Positions 8,905 through 16,954 of a DNA stretch of 39,472 bases are shown here, in pieces. The notes below the pieces were generated by a model. That model searched no databases, was not told where the DNA came from, and worked only from the letters and a program-made list of their open reading frames with translations. Numbering within the stretch: position 1 is the stretch's first letter; every line of letters begins with the position of its first letter. Source of the DNA: Massilia sp. (GTDB lineage Bacteria > Pseudomonadota > Gammaproteobacteria > Burkholderiales > Burkholderiaceae_D); assembly GCA_031999925.1 (NCBI GenBank), contig DAMABW010000002.1, forward strand, positions 3,085 through 42,556, written 5' to 3'. The translations under genes were made by a program, and so were the position numbers.

Positions 8905-10029
8905 ATGGCAATCGAATGGGATGACACGCAGGCCGCAGCCGCGCCGGCAAAGCCCGCGGCGAAAAAGGCCGTCTTGGCGTTCGGGCGCGACGCCCGCATC
9001 GGCAGCGCCGACCGCATGCTGTTCACCGAGCGCCTGGTGCTGCTGCTGGAAACCGGCGTCGCCCTGCACGACGCCCTGCGCGCGCTGCACGAGCAGAGCG
9101 ACAAGCCGCGCCTGAAGGCCATCATCGGCCAGGTGGCGGACGACATCGTCGGCGGCCAGCGCTTTTCCGAGGCGCTGGCGAAGCACCCGGACCTGTTCCC
9201 GTCCACCTATATCAACCTGATCGGCGCCAGCGAGGCCGGCGGCTTCCTGCCCGAGGTGCTGGCGCAGCTGGTCGATATGGACGAAAAACAGGAAAGGCTG
9301 CGCAGCACGATCGTCTCGGCGCTGTCCTATCCCGGTTTCCTGATCGTGTTTTCGATACTTGTGGTTGTATTTATCCTGGTGGTGGTGTTCCCGAAATTCT
9401 CGGTGATGTTCACCTCGATCTATGACGAGCTGCCGTTCACGACCAAGCTGTTCATCGGCGCCAGCGAATTCCTGGTCCAGCATGGCGTGCTGTTCGGCAT
9501 CGGCATCCTGGGCCTGGCCGGTGCGCTGCTGGTGGCCTTGCGCCGCCCGGACGCGCGCGCCTGGTTCGACCGCGCCAAGCTACGCCTGCCCTTCGTCAGG
9601 GACATCTTCATCAAGATCTACCTGACGCGCTTGATGCGTGTGATGGGCGTGTCGCTGGAGCGCGGCGTAACCATCCTCGACACGCTTGGTGCCTGCCGCA
9701 ACGTGATCCCGAACGCCGAGTTCCAGCGCTTCCTGAGCGAACTCGAGGTGCAAGTGACCGAAGGGCGGGGCATTGCGGCCGGCTTTCGCGACAGCCCGCT
9801 GATCCCGGTCAGCGTCAAGCAAATGATCGACACCGGCGAAGCCACCGGCTCGCTGGGCAAGGTCATGGCGCGTGTCGCCGATTTCTACGAACGCGACCTG
9901 ACGCGCCAGCTGAATGCGCTGGCGAAGATGGCGGAACCGGTGATGCTGATGGTGATGGGCGTGCTAGTCGGGACGATTGTGACGTCGATTATCCTGCCGA
10001 TTTTCAAAATGTCACGCGCGATTCACTGA
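8905..10029 (+). CDS. GspF/PilC-family inner-membrane platform protein
   Basis: LLETGVALHDAL, GQRFSEALAKHP, GASEAGGFL, ALSYP, GEATGSL, EP...ILPIF; three TM segments. Confidence 0.92.
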   Translation: MAIEWDDTQAAAAPAKPAAKKAVLAFGRDARIGSADRMLFTERLVLLLETGVALHDALRALHEQSDKPRLKAIIGQVADDIVGGQRFSEALAKHPDLFPSTYINLIGASEAGGFLPEVLAQLVDMDEKQERLRSTIVSALSYPGFLIVFSILVVVFILVVVFPKFSVMFTSIYDELPFTTKLFIGASEFLVQHGVLFGIGILGLAGALLVALRRPDARAWFDRAKLRLPFVRDIFIKIYLTRLMRVMGVSLERGVTILDTLGACRNVIPNAEFQRFLSELEVQVTEGRGIAAGFRDSPLIPVSVKQMIDTGEATGSLGKVMARVADFYERDLTRQLNALAKMAEPVMLMVMGVLVGTIVTSIILPIFKMSRAIH

Positions 10030-10158
10030 AAAAGCAACAATGTGCAAAAGTTGGTGCGTTGAGGCAATTAAAATGCCCGCCGTTCATGTTACTCTTCGTT
10101 GCTACCCGTTAAGAATTTGCCATGAAGCAAACCGTCCTTAACCCATCTACTTATTAAA

Positions 10159-10749
10159 ATGACCACTACTGTCCGCCACTACGCCGCCAAAGGCTTCACG
10201 CTCATCGAGCTCCTGATTGTTGTGATCATCATCGCCATCCTGGCGGCGATTGCGATTCCGCAGTTTGCCAATACCTCGGGGGACGCCCAGGAATCGGCGC
10301 TCCAAGCCAACCTGAGCACCATGCGTTCGGCAATCGAGCTCTACCGTGTACAACACCGTAACGCCTTTCCGGGTGTAACCGTCGCGGCTGCTACTCCTGC
10401 GGAAACCACGGCTTGCACAGGCGCGGGTGGCACCATCCAGGTTCCGACGGCAGGGGCAGATACATTCACGGCCCATATGACCGGCGTGTCCAATGCGAAC
10501 GGCACGATCTGCTCGGTGGCTACGCCGAACGGCATCTTCAGCATGGGGCCTTACCTGCGCGCTATTCCAAACGACGGGATCACCAACCCGGCTACCAATA
10601 CCGTGGTGATGGTGACAGCAACCGGCACGACCGCTGCACCGGCACCAGCCGCAGCCACGGGTGGCTGGCAGTATGACCCTCGGAATGGCGCCATCCGGGT
10701 TAACAGCAACGCCCAGGGCCGCCGCGGTACCGAGCTCTTCAACTACTAA
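10159..10749 (+). CDS. Major pilin/pseudopilin (GspG-like)
   Basis: Class III signal KG|FTLIELLIVVIIIAILAAIAIP; SAIELY...FP and GPYLRAIPND resemble GspG motifs. Confidence 0.88.
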   Translation: MTTTVRHYAAKGFTLIELLIVVIIIAILAAIAIPQFANTSGDAQESALQANLSTMRSAIELYRVQHRNAFPGVTVAAATPAETTACTGAGGTIQVPTAGADTFTAHMTGVSNANGTICSVATPNGIFSMGPYLRAIPNDGITNPATNTVVMVTATGTTAAPAPAAATGGWQYDPRNGAIRVNSNAQGRRGTELFNY

Positions 10750-10761
10750 AGACCTGTCCGC

Positions 10762-11349
10762 GTGAAGTTCGTACTGATCGCTCTTCGGGGCCAGGCGGGC
10801 TTCACGCTGGCCGAAATGGTGACTGTCGTCGCCATCATTGCAGCAGTCGCTGCGATTGCCATTCCCAAGGCCGATCCACAGACGGCCCTCGCCGCCGACG
10901 CGGCTGCCGGCGAAATCGCCCGCGCCGTGCGCTTCGCCCAGCGCGAAGCGGTCCGCACCGGCACCTACCAGTCCATCGTCATCGATAGCGCCAGCCAGAC
11001 GTTGCGCGTCTACCAGCCAGCATCCTCGGGCAGCGGCACCACCGCTACCCATCCTGTCGACAAGCGTGACTACCTGATCAACTTTGCCAGCGACGGCCTG
11101 CCGCAGGCCAGTATCGTCAGTTCGGTGTTCCGCTACCAGAGCGGCGCCGTGACGACCGGCGCGATCTTCGGACCGGACGGCATGCCGATCGACGTCGCGC
11201 CCACCAAGCTCCTGGGCTTGCCGATCGGCTTCCTGCTGGGCACGAAGGAAATCTCTCCGCTGAAGGAAGAAGCCCGCATCACCCTGCGCTACGGCGGCGT
11301 CGAACGCGTGGTGCGCGTGGCGCCGGTCACCGGGCGGGTGAGCCTGTGA
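10762..11349 (+). CDS. Minor pilin (GspH/FimT-like)
   Basis: QAG|FTLAEMVTVVAII; AVRFAQREAV and C-terminal VAPVTGRV are typical of GspH/FimT; GTG start. Confidence 0.82.
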   Translation: MKFVLIALRGQAGFTLAEMVTVVAIIAAVAAIAIPKADPQTALAADAAAGEIARAVRFAQREAVRTGTYQSIVIDSASQTLRVYQPASSGSGTTATHPVDKRDYLINFASDGLPQASIVSSVFRYQSGAVTTGAIFGPDGMPIDVAPTKLLGLPIGFLLGTKEISPLKEEARITLRYGGVERVVRVAPVTGRVSL

Positions 11350-11774
11350 ACATCCGCCTGCACCAGCGTGGCTTCTCGTTCGTGGAAGTCATGGTCGCCG
11401 TGCTGCTGCTGGCGATCTGCGCCGTGCCGATGATGGAGGCATTGACCCACGGCTTGACCGTGTCGGCGGCCGGCGTCGACAAGGCGCGCGAACTGCGCTG
11501 CATGAAGAACACGATGGAATCCATCCTGGCCGAACCCTACCAGACGCTGTGGACTGCCGCCTCGAAGGACAATGCCGCCAGCTATGTGTTGCTGGATGAC
11601 GCCTCCTGCGCCGGCATCGTGCGCCAGCTCGCCATTTCGCTGTGCGAGCAGACCGGCTCGACCACCGTATTCCTGACGCCGGGTTCGGCCCAGAACCGGC
11701 GCGAAGCGGCCATGCTGTATATCGCCCTGACCTCGGACAAGGGCTACTCGTTCACCACGATGGTGGCGCGATGA
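11346..11774 (+). CDS. Minor pilin (GspI/PilV-like)
   Basis: QRG|FSFVEVMVAVLLLAI; GTGA overlap with the upstream gene; second position in the minor-pilin series. Confidence 0.8.
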   Translation: MNIRLHQRGFSFVEVMVAVLLLAICAVPMMEALTHGLTVSAAGVDKARELRCMKNTMESILAEPYQTLWTAASKDNAASYVLLDDASCAGIVRQLAISLCEQTGSTTVFLTPGSAQNRREAAMLYIALTSDKGYSFTTMVAR

Positions 11775-12241
11775 GCCGCCGCCTGCCGGTCCGCAACCGC
11801 GCCCGTGGCCTCAGCCTGGCCGAGCTGCTGCTCGGGCTGGCCATCGGGGCGCTGTTGCTGGCGCCGCTGCCGTCGCTGCTGCAAAGCGCCGGCGCCGCCG
11901 CGCGCGTCGCCGAAGAGCAGGTCGCCCTGGAGCGCGATGCCGATTTCGCCCTCGAACGGATTGCCGCGCGCATCCGCGCCACGGCGGCGACGGCCGGCCT
12001 GACCGACAAGCCCAGCAGCGAATGGCTGAAACCGGCCATCTACAGCGTCGCCGGCGGCGTGCTGGTCGAGCAGCAGGGCAAGGACAGTTACGTACTGGCC
12101 GAGTCGGTCAGCGATTTCACGATGACCGCTTCCAGCAGCGAAGGCGGCGATCCCCTGGTCAAGGTCAGCCTGAGCCTGATGCGCGATGGCGGCGCCACGA
12201 CCACCGCCGTCGCGACCGTGCGCCTGGGGTCCGCGCTGTGA
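11771..12241 (+). CDS. Minor pilin (GspJ/PilW-like)
   Basis: Start at ATG 11771 (ATGA overlap); ARG|LSLAELLLGLAIGALLL; FALERIAARIR. Confidence 0.8.
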   Translation: MSRRLPVRNRARGLSLAELLLGLAIGALLLAPLPSLLQSAGAAARVAEEQVALERDADFALERIAARIRATAATAGLTDKPSSEWLKPAIYSVAGGVLVEQQGKDSYVLAESVSDFTMTASSSEGGDPLVKVSLSLMRDGGATTTAVATVRLGSAL

Positions 12242-13155
12242 AGGCCATGAACCAACGCGGCGTCCTGCTGCTGCCCGTGGCGCTGACGCTGGCCGTGATC
12301 GCCGCGCTCGCCTACACGATGACGCGCGAAGGCAGCATGAACGTCTCCGCCGTGGACGACCAGTACGATACCGAGGTCGCGCGCTACCTGGCGGCCAGCG
12401 GCATGCAGGTGGCGAAGTGGCGCGGCTCGGTCGATGATTGCGACGACGACGAAGCCGACTACGGCACACTGAAACTACCCGGCGGCAGCGTCACCGTCAG
12501 CAGCGCCAAGGAAAGCAAGGGCATCCTCACCGTCAGCCTGACCGCCACCACCGACCGCAAGAAATCGGTGCTCGCCCTCACGCGCGCCATGCAGATGATC
12601 GACCTGGATAACCCGAAGTCCGCGACCATCATCGGTCCGGGCGATGCCGACACCACCATCGTCAATGGCGGCAGCAGCCAGTCGAACGCCGATACCCTGA
12701 CCGCCACCGAAGGCAGCTCGCATCCGCTGATCGTGTTCAAGCTGACGCCCGAACTGGACCGCGCCTCGATCATCCAGGCCGACCTGAAGCTCACCAAGAA
12801 GTCGGGCAACGCCAGCCAGCAGGGCCGCCTGCTATCCGTGCACCGCATCACGCGCGAATGGAACAAGAACGCCAACTGGACCAGCCCGCGCGGCGACGCC
12901 ACGCCCTGGGCCACAGCCGGCGGCGACTACGTCGAGACGCCGGCCGCCAGCGTGGTGATCGACCCGGGCAATGGCGCCTATAACGGCGCCTACACCATGC
13001 GCATCGATACCCTGGCACAGGTGTGGGCCAACAGTCCGCCGGCCAACTATGGCCTGCTGCTCAAGCCGACCAACCTGTCCTACGTTTCCTTCATCAGTTT
13101 CGACGGTTCGAACAAACCCGAGCTGTCCCTGCGCTATTACAGGCGCTGTACCTGA
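12238..13155 (+). CDS. GspK/PilX-like minor pilin fused to a DNRLRE/CBM96-like domain
   Basis: QRG|VLLLPVALTLAVIAALA lacks Glu5 (K/PilX trait), ARYLAASG; C-terminal DADTTI...PLIVF...IIQADLKL...VHRITREW...W...PWATAGGD...LAQVW...NYGLLLK...KPELSLRY pattern; start GTG 12238 or ATG 12247. Confidence 0.78.
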   Translation: MKAMNQRGVLLLPVALTLAVIAALAYTMTREGSMNVSAVDDQYDTEVARYLAASGMQVAKWRGSVDDCDDDEADYGTLKLPGGSVTVSSAKESKGILTVSLTATTDRKKSVLALTRAMQMIDLDNPKSATIIGPGDADTTIVNGGSSQSNADTLTATEGSSHPLIVFKLTPELDRASIIQADLKLTKKSGNASQQGRLLSVHRITREWNKNANWTSPRGDATPWATAGGDYVETPAASVVIDPGNGAYNGAYTMRIDTLAQVWANSPPANYGLLLKPTNLSYVSFISFDGSNKPELSLRYYRRCT

Positions 13156-13170
13156 TCCACATTACAGGCC

Positions 13171-14307
13171 ATGAACACACCCGCCTTTATCCCAGCCGGC
13201 AACGTTGCCAGCGCCTGGTCCTGCCTCGATTTCGGGGCGCCGGAGCTGCGCGCCTACGCCGCCCCCGTCATCACCCGGGAAACCCGGCGCGGCGTGGCCC
13301 TGCTCAGCCTCGTCGCCCTGCTGTTCCTGGGCCTGGCCGCCGCCATGTCGGCCGTCTTCGAGCTCGGCACCCTCTACACCTATACCTATTCGCTGCTGAG
13401 CGTCCTGGCCCTGCACATCTGGCTGTCGAGCGCGAAGGTCGAGCAGCTGCGCGCCCTGTACCTGCTGGCGACGCTGCTGCTGGTGGTGTGCGGCTCCTCG
13501 CTGGTGCTGCTGGCCCAGCGCTCCGGCCAGCTGCATGCGATGCTGCTGCTGAGCGTGGCGGTGCTGATCATGCTGGTGCCGGTCGTGCCCTGGGGCCTGC
13601 GCGAAGCGGCGGCCACCACCGGCGCCATCTACCTGATGTTCACCGCCTCGACTTACCTGGGGCGTTTCCGCTTCGCCGCGCTCGACCTCTGGGTGCTGCA
13701 ATGCCTGATGCTGGTGGCGGCCGTGATTTCGCTGGCCCTGGTGGCGCGCGCGCTGCGCCTGCGCAAGCACGACCTGGCCCTGCGCTTCCACCTCGAACAG
13801 GCCCAGCGCGAACTGATCGATCTCGCCAATCGCGACCACCTCACCGGTGCCTGGAACCGGCGCCACATCGAACGCGACTTCGACCGCGTGGTCGCGCACC
13901 AGCATGCAATGGGCGAGGAAAGCTGGTTCGCCCTGTTCGACATCGACCGCTTCAAGGCCATCAACGACACCTGGGGCCACGGCTGCGGCGACGAGGTGCT
14001 GCGCGCGGTGCGGGCCGCCTTTGCCGGCCTGGATGGCGAGACCGAATACCTGGCGCGCCTGGGCGGCGACGAATTCGCGCTGCTGATGTGCGGCGCCGAC
14101 GCGCCCGCCCGCATCGCACGCGCGCTGGCGGCGTTGCCGGCCCTGCCGGACGGCGCGCAGCCGACCGTCAGCCTCGGCCTGCTGCGTGTGCCGGCACACG
14201 GCACCTCCTTCGACAGCGCCTACAAGGGAGCCGACGAACTGCTGTACGACGCCAAGCAAGGCGGCGGCAACGCCATGCGCACCCGTGCCGAAGAGGCCCG
14301 CGCATGA
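13171..14307 (+). CDS. Membrane-bound GGDEF diguanylate cyclase
   Basis: About six hydrophobic helices, then DHLTGAWNRR, DIDRFKAINDTWGHGCGDEVL, ARLGGDEF (GGDEF at 14062-14076), ADELLYDAKQGGGN. Confidence 0.92.
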   Translation: MNTPAFIPAGNVASAWSCLDFGAPELRAYAAPVITRETRRGVALLSLVALLFLGLAAAMSAVFELGTLYTYTYSLLSVLALHIWLSSAKVEQLRALYLLATLLLVVCGSSLVLLAQRSGQLHAMLLLSVAVLIMLVPVVPWGLREAAATTGAIYLMFTASTYLGRFRFAALDLWVLQCLMLVAAVISLALVARALRLRKHDLALRFHLEQAQRELIDLANRDHLTGAWNRRHIERDFDRVVAHQHAMGEESWFALFDIDRFKAINDTWGHGCGDEVLRAVRAAFAGLDGETEYLARLGGDEFALLMCGADAPARIARALAALPALPDGAQPTVSLGLLRVPAHGTSFDSAYKGADELLYDAKQGGGNAMRTRAEEARA

Positions 14308-15404
14308 AGGCCTGGCTCGCATCCCTCAAGGAGCGCGGCGCCCAGGCGCCGGCGCCGATCGGCCTCGACTTCGCGGCCCAGCGCCTGAATCTGCTGCAGG
14401 CGATACCATCCGCCGATGGCCCGGGCGTGCGCGCGGCGCTCTCGCTGCCGTATCCGGTCGAACGCGCGCAACTGCTGGCCGACGTGCCGCGCCTGAAGCG
14501 CTTCGTGCGCGACGCCTTGCACGCCGCGCCGTTCGCCGGCCGGCGCGTGGTGTCGGTGCTGGCGCCGAGCGAAGTACGCATCCTGCCGCTGACGGTGCAC
14601 GTGCAAAGCGGGCAGAGCGAAGGACCGGCGGTGGCCAAAGCGGTGCGCGAGCAGCTTGGCGCGGCGGCCGCCGAATCGGTGGTCGATTATTACCAGGTGC
14701 GCAGCGTCGAGGCGTCCGGCTCCGAACGCCAGGTGCTGGCGGCGGTGGCTTCCACCAAGAACGTGCTGGCCTACCTGGAAACCCTGCGCGGCGCAGGCCT
14801 GGAGCCGATCGCGCTCGACATCGGCCCGGCCGCGATCGCGCGCCTGCTGGCGGCGATGCAGGAAGACTTCGACCAGTCCGTCCTCCTGATTAACTTCGGC
14901 GCCAGCAAGAGTTATCTCACCGTGATCTGGGGCCGGCGCCTGATGCTCGACCGCGAGATCGACTTCGGCGAGCTGCAGCTGGTCGAGCGCCTGTCGCGCG
15001 CATTGGGACTCGACTCCGAGGTGGCGCTGGCGCTGCTGCGCGAACACGGCATCGGCACCCCGGCCGGGGCGCCCCATGGAAGCGGCACCCAGCCCGACAT
15101 CGGCCGCACCGTGCGCGAAATCCTGTACCAGGAATTCGCGGCGCTGGCCGAGGAACTGGTGCGTACCCAGGTGTATGTGGCGTCGCGCACGCGCGGCAGC
15201 AGCGTCAGCCGGGTCTACCTGAACGGCAGCGTGGCGCGCTACCGCCACATCGGCGAGCGGGTGGCGGAACTGGTGCGCCTGCCGGTCGAACTGCTCGACC
15301 CATTCAAGGCTTTCCGCGGCGCGGCCCCGGGCGCAACCGTCGGCGACGGCCATGCCATCGCCCTGGCCGCCGGCCTGGCACTGCGGGGAGGTGCGCGTGG
15401 CTGA
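14304..15404 (+). CDS. PilM-like actin-fold alignment protein
   Basis: Start ATG 14304 (ATGA overlap); IGLDF, AGLEPIALDIGPAAIAR, LINFGASKS, VYLNGSVA, LLDPF, ALAAGLALRG. Confidence 0.85.
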   Translation: MKAWLASLKERGAQAPAPIGLDFAAQRLNLLQAIPSADGPGVRAALSLPYPVERAQLLADVPRLKRFVRDALHAAPFAGRRVVSVLAPSEVRILPLTVHVQSGQSEGPAVAKAVREQLGAAAAESVVDYYQVRSVEASGSERQVLAAVASTKNVLAYLETLRGAGLEPIALDIGPAAIARLLAAMQEDFDQSVLLINFGASKSYLTVIWGRRLMLDREIDFGELQLVERLSRALGLDSEVALALLREHGIGTPAGAPHGSGTQPDIGRTVREILYQEFAALAEELVRTQVYVASRTRGSSVSRVYLNGSVARYRHIGERVAELVRLPVELLDPFKAFRGAAPGATVGDGHAIALAAGLALRGGARG

Positions 15405-16044
15405 TATCGACATGATCCCGCGCAGCTACCGCGAAGGCCTGCGCGTACGCCGCACCCTGGGCGCCTATGGCGCGGCGCTGGCGGCATTGCTGGTGCTCGG
15501 TGGCGGCGCCAGCGCCTTCTTGCACTGGCGCGTGGCGCTGGAAACGCCGCGCCTGGACGCGGCGCGCGCGGCCTCGGCGCAGGCCGGCGCCATGCGCACC
15601 CGGCTGGTGGAGGCGCAGGCGCGCAAGGATGCCCTGGCCGACAACGTGAACGCACTGGCGGGCTTGCGCGGCGCCGGCGAAGTGGCGGCGCTGGCGCAGG
15701 TGCTGGACCACACCCTGAACGAGCGCGTCTGGTTCGACACGCTGCGCCTGGCACGCACCCAGGAAGCGCTGCAGACGGCGCCGTCGCCGCTGCCGCCGGG
15801 CACGGTGCAGGCACGCGCCGCGGCAGGCGGCACGGCCCAGGCCTGGCGCCTCGGCACGCAGATCGAGATCGCCGGCGGCGCCCTCGACAACGCGGCGATG
15901 AGCGCCTTCCTCGCCGCCCTGGCCGCCGATCCGGCGCTGTCCGAGGTGCGCTTCCTGAACAGCAGCACGGCGGCGGCGGAGGACGGCGCGACCGTCGGCT
16001 TCCATGCCTCGGCCGCCCTCGTCAAACACACGGAGGCCCCATGA
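15397..16044 (+). CDS. PilN-like protein
   Basis: GTG start after GGGGAG; N-terminal IDMIP resembles the PilN INLLP PilM-binding peptide; TM, coiled coil, VWFDTL, IEIAGGA. Confidence 0.8.
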   Translation: MADIDMIPRSYREGLRVRRTLGAYGAALAALLVLGGGASAFLHWRVALETPRLDAARAASAQAGAMRTRLVEAQARKDALADNVNALAGLRGAGEVAALAQVLDHTLNERVWFDTLRLARTQEALQTAPSPLPPGTVQARAAAGGTAQAWRLGTQIEIAGGALDNAAMSAFLAALAADPALSEVRFLNSSTAAAEDGATVGFHASAALVKHTEAP

Positions 16045-16607
16045 ACCCCGCCTGGATACGCAAGGCCGCGGCGCTGCCGGCGCGCCAGCTGCACCTGGTC
16101 GGCGCCGGCCTGATCTTGATCGTCGCCGCCGCGCTCTGGTTCTACGCCCTGCGCGCGCCGCTGACGGCCCTGCGCGCGGTGCGTGCCGAGCAGTCGCAAC
16201 TGGCGCTGGCGGCGGGCGACCCGACCCTGCTCGCGGCCCAGCTGGCTGTCCTCGATACCGACAGCAAGGCGCTGGCGAAGCGCCTTGGCAGCGGCCCGGC
16301 GCAACCCGCGTCGCAAGCCCAGGTGCGCCTGGTCGGCGCCCTCGGCACCCTGGCGCGCGAGCATGGCGTGAGCCTGCACGGCGTGGCGCCGGCGCCCGAC
16401 GAGATGGCGCTGTCCTTCCTGCGCCTCGGCTTCGATGTCGACGCCAGTGGCCCCTACGGCGCTCTGGTGGCGTGGATGGGCGCGATCGAGCGCGCCCAGC
16501 CGACCCTGGCGATCGCCGGCTTCGAGATGCACGCCGGAGAAACGCCGGGGCAGGTGAGCATGAAGATCCGCATCGCGTCTTACCAGGCGCAGGAGAACGC
16601 ACCATGA
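16041..16607 (+). CDS. PilO/GspM/MshJ-like protein
   Basis: Single TM, coiled coil, LAREHGVSL, SGPYGALVAWMGAIE ferredoxin-like motif; position after PilN. Confidence 0.78.
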   Translation: MNPAWIRKAAALPARQLHLVGAGLILIVAAALWFYALRAPLTALRAVRAEQSQLALAAGDPTLLAAQLAVLDTDSKALAKRLGSGPAQPASQAQVRLVGALGTLAREHGVSLHGVAPAPDEMALSFLRLGFDVDASGPYGALVAWMGAIERAQPTLAIAGFEMHAGETPGQVSMKIRIASYQAQENAP

Positions 16608-16954
16608 AACGCATCATCTTCGCCATCGCCTGCCAGGCCTTGCTCCTGGCTGCGGCGCACGCCCAGCCGCTGCGCGACCCGTTCGCGCGCCCGGCCCTGC
16701 CGCCACGCGCACCGGCGGCCGCCGAGCCGACCGAAGCAGCGCAGCTCGCCGCCCAGGCGGCGGCCCAGCCGACGCCGCAACTGCGCGCACTCATGGTGAC
16801 GCCGGGCCGCGCGCTGGCAAACATCAATGGCCAGATCCTCGCCGCCGGCGAGTGGTTCGGCGACTATCAACTGACCAAGGTGGATGAACGCGGCGTCACG
16901 CTGAAAAAGCGTGGCGTGACCAGCGTTCTGCTGCTGGACGAGAGCCGTAAATGA
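16604..16954 (+). CDS. MshK/PilP-like periplasmic protein
   Basis: Start ATG 16604; Sec signal AHA|Q; LRDPFARP and LRALMV...ALANINGQILAAGE...LTKVDERGVTL. Confidence 0.72.
   Translation: MKRIIFAIACQALLLAAAHAQPLRDPFARPALPPRAPAAAEPTEAAQLAAQAAAQPTPQLRALMVTPGRALANINGQILAAGEWFGDYQLTKVDERGVTLKKRGVTSVLLLDESRK

Noticed and set aside
5317..9483. 1388-aa minus-strand ORF, and similar long antisense ORFs (746-2887 +, 3091-4917 -, 16867-18327 -, 21931-23649 +, 36444-38831 -)
   Set aside because: They mirror well-supported genes on the opposite strand, have no recognisable motifs, and are expected shadow ORFs in high-GC DNA
13023..14303. Long N-terminal extensions in the ORF track (793-aa PilM, 616-aa SDR, 544/546-aa Pao subunits, 316-aa MshK-like, 416-aa membrane protein)
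   Set aside because: The extensions overlap other real genes in different frames and are Arg/Pro/Ala-rich noise; the chosen starts coincide with stop-start overlaps or RBSs
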